Origin: the human T2T-CHM13v2.0 reference genome, Homo sapiens
Direction: 5' to 3' (one strand)
Assembly: GCF_009914755.1 (NCBI RefSeq)
Contig: NC_060927.1
Length of the DNA stretch: 64,000 nucleotides
Shown: piece by piece, positions 15,016 through 31,321 of the stretch
Layout: each line of letters starts with the position of its first letter
Position numbering within the stretch: position 1 is the first letter of the stretch
Made by a program: the position numbers and the translations under genes
Notes under the pieces: model-generated
Database searches by the model: none
What the model was told of the DNA's origin: nothing
What the model saw: the letters and a program-made list of their open reading frames with translations, nothing else

Positions 15016-17024
15016 AAGGTGTGGGAAGGAAAAGATGCGAAGGAGACACAAGCATTATTTTCACTGTATTTTTGACTAGTGTCATTGCAAGTGTTCAGAT
15101 TGGTTTTGGACATTTTAGTCCCCTGGGAGAGACCGTATCTCATTATTTCTTCCACCTGGTAGGTGGAGTACTCTCTCAGAGGAAAAGCTGCAAAATTAAA
15201 GGAGAATGCTATCTTCCACTTCACAACGCTTAATAGCAAACTTTTGGATTCCTCACTGAACACTTTTCTATATCCTTTTCGTTTCAATATGCGCCATTTC
15301 TGGTAAGATCTGGAAAATCAAATAAGCATGTAGAGATTGTCAGAGGAAACACAAGATTCTGTTATTATAGGCAGTAGAGATCAAATTGTGACTTACATAT
15401 TATAGGTGGAATATTTTGGGCTTTCCTGAAACATGGGAAACCAGAGACAAGCTGTATAGTATGTTGATAGCCAAGCTGGAATAGTGAAACTAGGACTCTG
15501 GAATCCTGGAACCTGTACTGAGAAATATTTAAATAATTTATTATGATTATTTCCACAGAATACAATTCTAGGATGAAATGCTAATTTTATTTGACTTACA
15601 TAAAGGGAAATTATTACTGCAGTTACTTTTAAAGAGCTCCCTGGGTTTTCTGGGAGTATCTGAATTAACAGTAAATTGAGCTCCATTACATATTAATGGG
15701 TCCAGCTGATTTATTGGTGGTATATCTGGCAATTAGCCATTCTGCATAGTGTCTTCTGTTTGGCCATTACTTTTCACTATTGAGTGCAAGCTCAGGGATG
15801 AGCACCTTGAAGCAATGGGGAAGTCTGCCTGTCAACCTAATAGGGCCTTGCATCATTTTAATGGTGAGTTATGATCTGTCTTGAAGGATATTTGGACACA
15901 CTTAATATCTTTTGGATGACAACCATTGGAGGCATAAATGAAAGTACATGTTGTCATTGAACCACTAAAAATCTTCACTCAGTCACCAGATAGCCATTAT
16001 GTTATATTAATCTCTTTGGATATTTCCTTTATTTTAAAAAATTATACAATTTCTTCTAGCTTCTGTGGCACTTACAGAATGAATTGCTGTGAGTTCAGTG
16101 TAGCACAGCAAGTTATGGCCAACAGTGGTTATTTGCAAGAGTTACTTTGGGGTTCCTAATTTGTCCTCAAGAGAAATATTTTTTGCTCAGCCTCCAAAAT
16201 GTTGTCATAAAAATTGGTGATTGATTTTGATTATAAGATTAAATGGCTAGGCTACAGTGGCCAATGTTGTAAATCAAAGCAGCCCAAAGTTGTGATTGGC
16301 CACTAGAGAAGGTTGTAACTGTGTTTTCTTGAGTTGATATATTTCAAGTCTTTATAGTATTGACTCCTAAAGTTTACTGAAACAGTATTTAAAGCATCTT
16401 TCTACAGTGTTTTAAATTAGTTTCTAGTACAATTTAGCTTTGCCTATCTAAACATGCAGTAGTAGAAGAACATACATGAAAATTCTCTTCTTAGAGGGAA
16501 AGCAGTTTAAGAGTTGGTGAGGGCATGGAATTTGTGAAACCTAAGTTAATTGTCTGAGTTTTTATTGGATATTTTTTGTACTTGGCTATTCAGAATTAAT
16601 TTCTCCTTCCTAAAAAATTCTTTGCGGGAGGGACCCTTTCCCCATTGTTTATAGTTTGGTGCCATCCCTCTTTTTCCGAGGGGCTAGCCCCTGATCCAAC
16701 ATAGCCAAAGGGATGTCCCTTTCTGAAGTTTGACTGTTGAGTAGAAGAACAAACACTGAAAAAGTTTGGAGTTCCTAATTTCCAGTCTGATCAGATTGTT
16801 CCTATCACTGTCATAGTCTGGCCATCTGCGTGACAACTGTTTTTCAAGTCTGTTTCTCCTACATTTGACAATTCCGGGAGCCCCATGGTAACATCCTAAT
16901 AAATTCTACTTTGCTAACCAAGCCCGAGGTGGTTTCTCTTACTTGAAACAAAAGACCTTAATATATAAATTGGGCATTTGTTAACCCACAAGAAACTGAG
17001 GCTTCCTGATTGGACTGTGAATAT

Positions 17025-17240
17025 TTATTCATTAATTTATTCACCAAATGTTTATTGAGCACCTACCGTGTGTTAGGTACTCTTCTCTGTTAGGGAAACA
17101 GAAGCGAATAAAACAAACAAAAAGATGCGCCTTCATGAAAGTTGCATTCTAATTAAGGGGGATAGATGATAAGCAAGATAAATATATGTCTTTATTTTAT
17201 ATATAAATATATGATATCCAAGTTAAGGAGTGATAAGTGC
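17025..17240 (-). mobile_element. L2 3' end
   Basis: 'ttcattaatttattcaccaaatgtttattgagcacctaccgtgtgttaggtactc' is the canonical antisense L2 terminus. Confidence 0.75.
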
Positions 17241-18451
17241 TATACATATTCATATAAAATATTTTTCATATTGGTTCTTTCCTTTTAAAGTCCCACGGAT
17301 CAGATAAGCCTGTTGGGGGTGGATGATGAGATGGAATGACTGGGACTGAGGCTCTGCCACTCTCTTGTACCTTGCTCCATCTGCATATCTCCCAAAGGGC
17401 TCCTAGTCAGGATCTAAGCCAAGGGAGAACTATTCAGATGAGTAAGGATGAGTGTCTGCTGAAAGTAGAGACCTGGAGAATAGAGGACTTGGGTAAGACA
17501 TGGAAGTGGCAGGAGTTGAGCAAGGGTTATAGTCTTGGAGAGGGGGAGATTTTTCCCTTGGTGGCCCTGCCTTCAACGGGCCCCAAAGGGCTCTGGTAGG
17601 TAGAAAGATGACAATAATATTGACTCAGGAAAGTCAGACTGGGACTTGGGCAAGTGATCAAGGATACCAACTGATCTGTGGTAGGGAAGGGGAGTCCAGG
17701 TCAGAAAGGGAAGGAAGCATCATGGGATTGTGTGAGACAGAGCTAGGTAGCAGCTCTCAGAATTGGTCAGGGATCGTTGAAGGGAAGAGAGCTTGCCACC
17801 ACTAACCAAGGGGATCCCATGAGGGATGAAAACTTAGAAAAGGGCTCAGACTCCCTCAAGAAGAATAGAGGTTGAGGGGAGCAAAAGGAGTATTTGTCTT
17901 CTTGCTTGCAATGAAATCTAGTATTGAGGACACTCCCTAACCTGATGTGTACTTGAGGTCAAAATGAAGAGGTTTGGTGAGAAGTGCTAGGATGTGGTTA
18001 TGCTAAGGTGGGAAGGATCCACACCAGCCCCGTCAGTCTGGAAACAGAGGATGTGACAGAGAAGATAACTTTCCACCACTCCTGGAGACTCCTGATTGGT
18101 GTGTTGGTCACCCACAGAGAGGGGCTGGGTATATGGAAGAAAAACACATGCCAACAAGGAAGAATCCCAGTCATTTGTCAGCTACCTGCTACTGGCCTGG
18201 AATGAAAAGAAAAGTTATGATACTTATTGATTTCCTGGTAATGTGGACAGACAGGAACAGAGTAGGCTGAACAAATACTTGACAGGTTCAGCTGGGAAAT
18301 GAGCACCAAATTTTCTGGAACATATTCATTCCTGATGATTTTCTATAGGAATAAATGACACTTTCAGAAGAGAACCTTGAAATGAACCTTGAAATGCCTT
18401 TAAGGTTTATGGAAACTTGGGCATCTAATTTAAGTACATGAAACATTGCTT

Positions 18452-18950
18452 TTGTTATATATTGCTGCACAAGGCACCCCAAAAACTTAGTAGCTTAAAA
18501 CAACAGTTTTTTATGATATGATACAGTTCTAGATTCAGCTTGTGGTCCTTACTTGCAGTCAGATTGTGGTTGGGGCGGTAGCCATCTGGAGACTCACCAG
18601 GGCTAGAAGATCTACCTCCAAGAGGGTTTATTTTCTCATACATCTGGCATATGGGCTGGGGTATCTGGAATAGCTTCAGCCTGGCCAGGTTCCATCTTTT
18701 TTCCACGCAGTCTCTCTGCATCATTATCTTGATATTCCTCATAGAATGAGGGTCTCGGTATAATTGGATTTTTTTTACATCGTGACTGATTTTTCTCAGA
18801 GCAAGTGTTCTATGAGAGCAAGGCAGAAGCAGTGAGCCTTCTTATGACCTAGCCTCAGAAGGCATCACGAATTATTTCTATCTCATTCTATTGGTTATAA
18901 AGACTAGTCCAAAATCATCTTGGGAATGGACTACACAAGAATGTGTATAA
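18452..18950 (-). mobile_element. MaLR solo LTR (MLT1F-H type)
   Basis: 'tattgctgc...aaaacttagtagcttaaaacaac' and 'ttatgacctagcctcagaag...cattctattggt' are antisense MLT1 hallmarks. Confidence 0.7.
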
Positions 18951-18964
18951 CTAAAGGCCTGTTC

Positions 18965-18966
<2 letters not shown>

Positions 18967-19002
<36 letters not shown>
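18967..19002. repeat. (TG)18 microsatellite
   Basis: Seen directly. Confidence 0.97.
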
Positions 19003-19003
<1 letters not shown>

Positions 19004-20615
19004 ACATGCATGCATGCATATATATTGGAGACTTCTACCACGAGCATGGTGTTTTCTTCTCCTTGGCATATATTATGACTTTAGAAGAGAAAGGAGATCT
19101 TTGATGAATCATTGGCCTTGAATTTCTACAATAGGATTTAAGATGCCTTAGTGACAGGCTCTTGCAAAACTATCAAGGTCACAACTAAAGGAAGAACCTG
19201 TTTTTCCCAGAAGTATTCCAAAGACTTTCTGAAACAGAACTCAATTTTAGGACGTAGGGGAAAAGTGAATCACCTTTATGCTGTTCAGAGGAGAGTTTGA
19301 ATAATATCAATAAGTTTTATATCTATATAGATATGAATATACTTAAAGTTAGATGATGTTTTTTAAGAAAGCAAATGAATGAGCATAAATTTTTTTTAGA
19401 CTTCATAACAAAAAACATTTAAGTAGCCACAACCTAACAAGCCCTGCTCACCTGCCTCTTCCCCTTCCTGCCTGGGAGGGGGCTCCTTGGTGTGCAGAGC
19501 CACAAAGTGGGGGTCCAAATTAGGGAGCTCCGAGGTCCTCCCCACAGGCCTTGTTGTCAGCCGTGGGTCCAATGATGAAGGTGATGAAGACAATGATGAA
19601 GAAGAAGAAGAACTAGAAGTTTGTCTTGGACCTTGATGGAGCATGGAGAATGCACTCTTGAGGGAGCTCAGAGCTGGCTGCCCCGATGCCTAGCACAGTG
19701 TCTGACAGGTTTAGTTGAGAAATATGCTATTCTGGAGTGTGCAACAGATTGTTTTATAAAACATGCTCGTGATGTTCACCCACTTCTCATGATTTTTTGT
19801 CAGGACTAGTTTAGACATGGATACTTTTACAAGGGGATATTCCTTTAAGGTTATAAAAAAATCTTGGTCATTATCATAGCCCAAGGCATAGTTGTAAGGG
19901 GATCATTGACTCTCTCGGTGTCTTCTAAGGCTACTTTTGGCTAAAAGCAGAGCATCTTCAACATTTTTAATGTGATATTTTTTCTCTACTGAAGAGATGA
20001 GAAAGTCAAAAGGAAACTGCCACTGGTTCTAATTCTAACCATGAAGGGTGTATTGGTTAATGCTAAAGGAAGAATAGAGAAGAGCAGGAGGAACAGACTT
20101 CCACTGGGAAAGAGTTCATGATTGCCAGTGAGGGAAAGCACAATCAGACTGTGCTAAAGGTGTCAAAAAGTTGAGAAATGAAAGATGTGTTATTTCAATG
20201 GCATGATATCAAGGGAGGGAAGATGACCCAGGTGGTGGGGGAAGCTTACAAAAATTCAATGTTAACTCTGAAAAGGTGGTGCTAAGGGGTGGCTTGGAAA
20301 GCTTTAGCTTTCTCTCCTCACTAATCTTCATTAGCCCTCTACCAAGCCCTAATAATGAGAATAATAAAAATATGTTTTTTTATTGATATGAATAATAGGT
20401 ATCTTATTAATTTCATTTAAAGTATGAAAGCAAACTTATTCACCTATTTTAATTTGTCTGTAATATACATACAATATAGGCAAAAGATACTTGCTTAACA
20501 TTATTACCACCTCAAAGCAAGACCTAGCTCTTGTTTCAGTCAGATTTCCACCATCCCTAAGGTCCTTCTATAATTCTGGAGCCAGTACTGTGACTGTCCT
20601 ATTGCAACCATCTGA

Positions 20616-20919
<304 letters not shown>

Positions 20920-21076
20920 AGTTCAGATTCTTAAAAATGTATTATGTAATAAAAAAGAAGGAAAGAAAGGTATCTACAAGGATAACGATAAAGACCAGTA
21001 TGCACCAGTAAAGTGGTATCATGAATGCTAAAATCCCGAGTTGAAGCTTGGAAAAATGGCAAGGATGACAATAGAT

Positions 21077-21158
21077 TTTTTTTTTTTTTGAGATGGCATC
21101 TTGCTCTGTTGCCCAGGCTGGAGTGTAATGGTGTGATCTCGGCTCACTGTGACCTCCT
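21077..21158 (-). mobile_element. Alu 3' fragment
   Basis: Poly-T plus about 70 nt of antisense right monomer; no TSD seen. Confidence 0.85.
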
Positions 21159-23639
21159 TTGAGGTCATAGCCACTCCTCAAATCCACTCTTGGTGCAGAG
21201 TCACATGTTCTTCTTGGCCATGGTTTTTCAGATCTGTGTGGCTCCAAAATCTCTTGAATTTTATGTTGCAGCACCTATGGCTATTTTAACTTAGTGAATT
21301 GTTTCATTAACTGTATTTTTATACAGCCCACTGTATTTTATACAGCCATTGTCTCATAATTCTAACTTAATTCTCTTTAGAGCTTACTTTCTGTTTCCAA
21401 CAGAAGCCAAATGGAAAGGTGACATGGCAGGAGTGGCTTCCTGGTCCATATCTTTCCTGAGTACCATATTTCCCAATCAGTGGGATAATTTTCTAATCTG
21501 TTTTAGCATCTGAGAGAGTGTCTCCTAATCTTTTCCATTTTGCCAATTTGCAGATAATTTAAGTATAATTGTTAAATGTACTCATTAACCACTTCACTGA
21601 AGTGCAAACCCATAAACTTGGTTCAGAACACAAACAACTTTCCGTTACAGGGGCCATATCTCTTTGCTGGTAACAAATCCAAACTTACCCAGCATGTATA
21701 TTTCCAAAATACATCAAAATGGAATTTAAAGGGTCATAAGAACACAGCTATAAAGCAGTTTTATCCCACTATGTTATTTCTCCCAGATTATACTATGGCC
21801 TTTTTTTTCTCCCAGGGGCCCCCAGGGATTGAGCCCAAAGCAATAACCAATGAGGTGGTTTTCTGGATCTGGAAAAGAGATCCAGAAAGAGTGGCATTTG
21901 TTGGCCTTCAAATGCCACTTTGGGGTTGTTTGCTGTGTCCATGTCTGGGTCTTATTTACAAACTCAAATGTTAACAGGAAAAATCCACTGCACATATTCT
22001 TAAATCAAATAAAAGAAAGCCACCAGAAAAATCCTAATGGCACTGTGGCTCTGAGAAAATAGAAGTTATATGAGTTGAGGAAACCTGAAGAACAAAGCTT
22101 TCTTCTCTTAGATCTAAACCCCCAGAAAGTCTGACAATAGCATATTCCACCTAGAAATAAAAACATTTATCTTTTTATGGTTGAGAACAAAAAAGAGACG
22201 CAGACTGCTGAAAAGAGCTTTTCTCCCCCACCAAATGGTCATGCCACATAGGTTAATCTGCCCGTTGTTTATGAGTACTAGCTTTGTGCAAGGGCTTCCC
22301 TGGACAATGTGAGATATGAAGGTGATTCATGGCAATCCAGGTTGGCCCTGAAGCAGTTTTGTTCCTCCAGAACCTGGTCATAGTGAGAAGAAGGTGTTGG
22401 CAGTAGACCTTATCTCTGCACAAGAAAAGCAGGACAATGTAATTTGGTGGCTTTGGAATTAATGGAATGGAACTGTCAGGATCATCACAGCATTGGCTCG
22501 AGCAACAACTGAACTAGGCTTCCATTCAGCCTCACACATGGTTTCTTCCAACGCACTAATTGTTCACTGTGATTCATACATCGTTCTGACAAGATGGCAA
22601 ATGGAAAATGCAGAAAGTAATTAAAATAAGTGTGTGGTTTCAATTATCATAAAATTCAGCCCTGAGCTGAATGTCATTATCAGGGAGAACCTGGAGAAGG
22701 GCTGCATTTGAGCATGGAGGACAAATAATTTCTTCGTTTGTCTTTTATAACAAAAATTTAACTCAGAGAAATAGACTGAAGAAAGAGAGGCTTCAGGCTT
22801 AAGCTGATAGTTCTTTCCAAAACTTAAAAATGGGAATTCTTTGTCACTGGTTATGATCAAATTTTCTAGGGCCTTATGAATATATATACACTGATCAGGA
22901 GGGCTATAAATGAATTTATACGTGGGTTGCATATGACCATGTAAGTTTTGTCTCTTATTGAAACAAAATAACATTGGAATTATAGTTGGTCTTATGAATA
23001 TTTCTTATAATTATAGTTATACATTTCTGAAATCATTTTCCACAGACCAATCATTGGGAAATCAAATATTTGCCCATTTTGAAAGTCTGAAAAGTACTTT
23101 ATAACTTATGTTTATTATTATTATATAGTGATGCTTATTGCATATATTGTAGAGAACAGATAAAACTATAAAGAGGAAACTTTTTTTTGCATTCTAATGA
23201 GGCTGAGCTAATCTCTATACATCTTGTGCTCTTAAAAAATGTGTATATATGTGTCTATATGTTAACATAACTAGTTTTATACTCTATAATGTTTTCTATC
23301 ATGATTTTTCTCACTTTCCATTTTATTGAAATATCTATGAAAGTTTGTTTTTAATGACTGCATAATATTTTATTTTGTGTCTGTGCTATAACATTCAACC
23401 TATATGTAGACATTTGGGGTTATTGCCCACATCTTTGGTGCATAAAAATTTGTCTGCAACCTTAATGGTTTTCTTTAGATGTTCAATTTCTTTAGAAAAG
23501 GTATAATGCCATCTTTAAAGGTTGCTCTGGTACAAACGGACAAATGTTGAACAGTTGAATTCAAGAAGATCTAATTTTTCAAGTCAGGAAATTATTTCTG
23601 GACTGATACCTCTACTCTAATTTGGTTTTCATGATGCCA

Positions 23640-24130
23640 GGGTTATTCAGACTTTAGATCCATGCAGACTTGGATTCAGATCCTAGCTCTGCTGCTTACT
23701 AACTACTTGATGTTGGTCAAATAACTCAACTCCCCTATCTAATGTTCTCATCTATAAAATGAAAGCAGTAGGACAGGTGCAGTGACTCACACCTGCAATC
23801 CTAGCAATTTGGAAGGCTGAGGCAGGTGGATTCCTTGAGTCCAAGAGTTCAAGACCAGCCTGGCCATCATGGTGAAACCCTATCTCTACCAAAAAACAAA
23901 ACAAACAAACAAACAAACAAAAAGGTAAAATTAGCTGGGTGTGGTGGCACATGCCTGTAGTCTCAGCTCCTCGGGGGGCTGAGGTGGGAGAACTGCTTGA
24001 GCCCAGGAATCAGAGGTTGCAGTAAGCTGAGATGGTGCCACTTCAGTCCAGCCTGGGTGACAGAGCAAAACCCTGTCTCAATAAAGTAAAATAAAATGGG
24101 ATAAATAGTAGGTTTTCTGTGAGGATTCAG
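23640..24130 (+). mobile_element. MIR split by an Alu
   Basis: 'cagacttggattcagatcctagctctgctgcttactaact...ctcatctataaaatg' resumes after the Alu as 'taaaatgggataaatagta...gtgaggatt'. Confidence 0.7.
23771..24095 (+). mobile_element. Full-length Alu (AluJ-like) with (CAAA)n linker expansion
   Basis: 'cttgagtccaagagttc' and 'ctgcttgagcccagga' are J-type; linker contains aaac repeats. Confidence 0.9.
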
Positions 24131-24312
24131 TGCCTGACTCTTGCTAGGGGCTCACAGAATATTTGTTTGTTTTTCAAGGAGTATGCAAACTGATGGAGAT
24201 GTGGAGGTCAGTTGGATGATGAGGGGACAGAAATGCATAATCACACTTGGAGACATCTGCTTCACTCCATTTAAAATTTATTCTAATATAAAAATTCACA
24301 ATGAACAGGGAT

Positions 24313-26736
24313 TGATATCATTGGATGTCTGTCCTTTCCAAATCTTGTATTGAAATGTGATCCCCAGTGTTGGAGGTGGGGCCTAGTGGGAGGTGTTCGG
24401 CTCATGGGGATGAATCCCTCATGAATTTCCTGGTGCTGTCCTCATGTAATGAGTGAGTTTTTATGAGATATCGTTGTTTAAAAAGAGCTTGGCACTTCTG
24501 CCTCTCTCTCTTGCTCCTGGCTTGCCATGTGATGTGCCTGATCTTTCTTTGTCTTCCACCGTTATTGTAAACTTCCTGAGGCCCTCACCAGGAACAGATG
24601 CTGGCACCATGCTTCTTGTACAGCCTGAATAACTATGAGTCAATTAAATCTCTTTTCTGTATAACTAACCCAGTCTTAGGTATTTCTTTGCAATGCAAAT
24701 GGACTAATATAAAATTGGTAGGAGGAGTGAGATGTTGCTATAAAGACACCTGAAGATGTGGAACAAGCTTTGGAACTGGATATCGGGCGGAGGTTGGAAG
24801 AGTTTGGAGGGCTCAGAAGAAGAAAAGAAGAAAAAGGAGAGTTTGGAACTTCATAGAGACTTGTTAAGTGGTTGTGACCAAAATGTTGATAATAAATATT
24901 TACAATGAAAGGCCAGGCTGACAAGGCCTCAGAGGGAAATGGGGAAGTTGTTAGGAACTGGAATAAATGTCACTTTTATTATGCCCTAGCAAAGAACTTG
25001 ACTGCATTTTGTCCACGTCCCAGGAATCTGTGGAAGTTTGAACTTAAGAGTGATGACTTAGGATATCTGGTGGAAGAAATTTCTCAGCAGCAAAACATTC
25101 AAGATGTAGTCTGGCTGCTTCTAACAGCCTAGATCAGATACAGGAGGAAAGAAATGACTTAAAGTTGGAACTTACATTTAAAAGGAAAACATTAACATTT
25201 CGAAAATTTGCAGCCTAGCACTGTGGTAGAGAAGGAAAGAGAATTTTCAGGAGAGAAATTCAAGTAGGCTACAGAGCAACCACTTGCTAGAGAGATTTGT
25301 ATGACTAAATAGGAGCCAAGTGCTAATAACATCCAAGATAATAGGAAAAAGACCTTGAAGGCATTTCAGAAATCTTTGAGGCAGCCCCTCCCAACACAGG
25401 CCCACAGGAGGAAAGAATGGTTTCAGGGCCCAAGCCCAGGGCCACATTGCCCTGTTCATCCTTGGGATGCTGCTGCCCATACTGGCTGCTCCAGCTCCAG
25501 CTGCAGCTCCAAGGGCCACAGGTACAGCTTGGGCTGCCACTCTGGAGGAGGCAAGCTATAAACCTTGACAGCTTCCATGTGGTGGTAAGCCTGCAAACAC
25601 ACAGAATACAAGAATAAAGGAGGCTTGGCAGCTTCTCTCTAGATCTCAGAGGACATAGGGGAAAGCCTGAGTGCCCAGGCAGAAGCCTGCCACAGGGTTG
25701 GAGCCCCCACAGAGAGCCTCTACTAGGGACAGTGCCAAGGAAGAAATGTGGAGTTGAAGCCCCCATACAGAATCCCCACTTGGGGTACCACTTAGTGGAG
25801 CTGTGGGAAGGGGCCTGCCACTCTCCAGACCCCAGAATGGTAGAACCAGTGGCAGCTAACACTGTGGGCCTGGAAAAGCCACAGGAACTCAACACTTACC
25901 TGTGTGAGCAGCCATGGAGGCAGAGCTGCCCAAGGCCCTGGGAGCTGGCCCCTTGCACTGGTGTGCTCAGAATGCAGCATATGAAGTCAGGGATTATGTT
26001 GGAGCTTTAAGATTTAATGTCTGCCCTTCTGGGTTTCAGACTGGTGTGGGGCCTGCTGCCCCTTTCTTTTGACTGATTTCTCCCTTTTGGCATGGGAATA
26101 TTTACCCAATACTTGTACCATTATTGTATCTTGGAAGTAAATAACTTGTTTTTAATTTTACAGGCTCAGAGGTAGAAGGAGCATGCCTTGAGTCTCAAAT
26201 GAGACTTGGGACTTTTGAATTAATTCTTAACTTTTAGTTAAGATTTTGAGGGACTATTGGGAAGGGATTATGTTATTTTGTAATGTGAGAAGGACATGAG
26301 ATTTGGGGGGCCAGAGGTTGAATGATATAGTTTGGATGTTTTTCCCCTCCAGATTTTCTGTTGAAATGTGATCGCCAGTGTTGGTGATGGAGTCTGGTGG
26401 GAGGTGTTTGGGTCATGTGGGCAGATCCCTCATGAATGGCTTATGCTGTCCTCATGGTAATGAGTGAGTTCTTGCTCTGAGTTCATAGGAGATCTGGTTG
26501 TTTAAAAAGATCCTGGCCACTCTTCCCTCTCTTTCTCCAACTCTTGCCATGTGATGCACCTGATTCCCCTTTGCCTTCTGCCATGATTGTAAGCTTCTTG
26601 AGGCCCTCACCAGCAGTAGTGGCTGGCACCATGCTTCCTGTAGAGTCTGAAAAACTATGAGCCAATTAAACCACTTTTCTTGATAAATTACCCAGTCTCA
26701 GGTGTTCCTTTATAGTGATGCAAACAGACTAACACA
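24313..26736 (+). mobile_element. Complete MST (MSTA-type) ERVL-MaLR element: LTR 24313-24711, internal region, LTR 26323-26736
   Basis: Two similar LTRs (tgatat...gactaa(t/c)a(t/c)a), MaLR internal start 'aaattggta...ttgctataaagacacctgaagatgtggaa', PPT-like 'gggggccagagg'; 5-bp TSD gggat at 24308-24312 and 26737-26741. Confidence 0.92.
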
Positions 26737-27216
26737 GGGATAAAAGCCATATGTTATTCAGTTATTTGCCAAAAGTGGCAAAGAATTAAGGAACAAAAAA
26801 GTGTACCTACTGGCAAACTCACCAGTTTACCACACACTGGCTGGTTTCTTTCAGAGGACAATCAGGCCTCTGCAAGCCATGAGAAGCAAATTGTATGAGG
26901 AGCTAACCAGAATCCCATCCTTTGAGCTTTGAGGCCACCTTAGTGACAAGGCTTACTTTAATGAATTAAAATATAAAATTATAACAATTGTGCAAATGCA
27001 TTAACAAAAAGAAAAGTGATAACTCTGACTTCTGAATAATCTCATACTTTCATAAGAGACACTCAATGTTTGGGTGTTAGAAGTTACAAGCTTATTAACT
27101 ATCTTTAGGATTGATTGAGAAAGTCTTACAAATCTGCTTAAAATGCATAAAAGATAAGTAAAATGCACAATATTGCAAATATTTTTCATGGTAATTCTGT
27201 AATAAACTCTAATCTA

Positions 27217-30178
<2,962 letters not shown>

Positions 30179-30180
30179 TC

Positions 30181-30271
30181 AGCCACAATGAGATACCATA
30201 TCATGCCAGTCAGAATGGCCATCATTAAAAAGTCAGGAAACAACAGATGCTAGAGAGGATGTGGAGAAATA
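30181..30271 (+). mobile_element. L1PA ORF2 3' piece, sense, continuing from the inversion junction
   Basis: 'ccacaatgagataccat...aaaaagtcaggaaacaacagatgctagagaggatgtggagaaatag' follows 'agagaaatgcaaatc' in L1, the point where the inverted segment begins (28037). Confidence 0.85.
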
Positions 30272-30308
30272 GCGGCACAATTCACAATAGCAAATTCATG
30301 GGACCAAC

Positions 30309-30522
30309 CTAAAGAATTGTAGTTAGTATTTCTTTTCTCATTCCTAGTTATTTCTCTTTCTTAAGTGTAAAAATCATACACTTCTTTTAATTTTACTTTT
30401 TAAAATATTTTTCCATAAGTTATTGGGGTACAGATAGTATTTGGTTACATGAGTAAGTTCTTTAGTGGTGATTGGTGAGATTTTGGTGCACCCATCACCC
30501 GAGCAGTATACACTGCACCATA
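30309..30522 (-). repeat. Inverted copy of the L1PB 3' terminus plus adjacent flank
   Basis: 30462-30522 is the reverse complement of 31120-31180 (7 of 61 mismatched); it continues through the L1PB end and A-rich tail into flank that matches 31176-31195. Confidence 0.8.
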
Positions 30523-30866
30523 TATATACACACAGATATATATACACACAGATATATATACAGATATATACATACACACACATATATATATACACACACA
30601 CACTATATATATATATACGCACACACACACTATATATATATATATATGGTGGGCAAAAGCTGGAAGCATTCCCTTTGAAAACCAGCACAAGACAGGGATG
30701 CCCTCTCTTACCACTCCTGTTCAACATAGTATTGGAAGTTATGGCCAGGGCAATCAGGCAAGAGAAAGAAATAAAGCATATTCAAATAGGAAGAGAGGAA
30801 GTCAAATATATATCTATATATCTATATATCTATATATCTATATATCTATATATCTATATATATATA
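30520..30866. repeat. Compound (TA)n/(CA)n/(TATATC)n microsatellite interrupted by a 158-bp L1 insert
   Basis: Seen directly; insert at 30650-30807. Confidence 0.95.
30650..30807 (+). mobile_element. 158-bp L1 ORF2 fragment, near-identical inverted copy of 29581-29737
   Basis: 2 substitutions plus 1 single-base indel versus the reverse complement of 29581-29737. Confidence 0.93.
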
Positions 30867-31180
30867 TGATGATGGAATACTATGCAGCCATAAAAGGAAT
30901 GAATTAACAGCATTTGCTGTGACGTGGATTAGACTGGACACTATTATTCTAAGTGAAGTAACTCAGGAATGGAAAACCAAACATCATATGTTCTCACTGA
31001 TATGTGGGAGCTAAGCTATGAGGACACAAAGGCATAAGAATGACACAAAGAATGACACAATGGACTTTGCGGACTTTGGGGGAAAAGGGAGAGGGGGGTG
31101 AGAGATAAAAGATTACAAATATGGTATAGTGTGTACTGCTTGGGTGATGGGTGCACCAAAATCTTACAGATCACCACTAA
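30867..31180 (+). mobile_element. L1PB 3' UTR with its terminus deleted
   Basis: 'gatggaatactatgcagccataaaaggaatgaattaacagcatttgc...ctaagctatgaggacacaaaggcataagaatgac...gggtgcaccaaaatc' is L1PB-type 3' UTR; stops at caccactaa. Confidence 0.88.
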
Positions 31181-31321
31181 TTTACAGTTCTTTAGTTTTC
31201 AATGTGTAGCTTTCCAAATCACTTCATAGTAGATTGTTTTTTAAAAGATAGTTTAAATTAAATGTTATAAATACTAAATTCCAATATGCAGAATAAAGTA
31301 GCTTAGAAACATGTAAATAAT

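Noticed and set aside
21310-21347. Tandem ctgtattttt(a)tacag palindromes resembling a bacterial LexA box
   Set aside because: Primate DNA; a 20-bp tandem duplication of an AT-rich quasi-palindrome.
25247-26010. ORFs up to 190 aa
   Set aside because: Fragments and antisense frames of the MST internal region.
30374-30907. YI/VC-rich ORFs
   Set aside because: Microsatellite translations.
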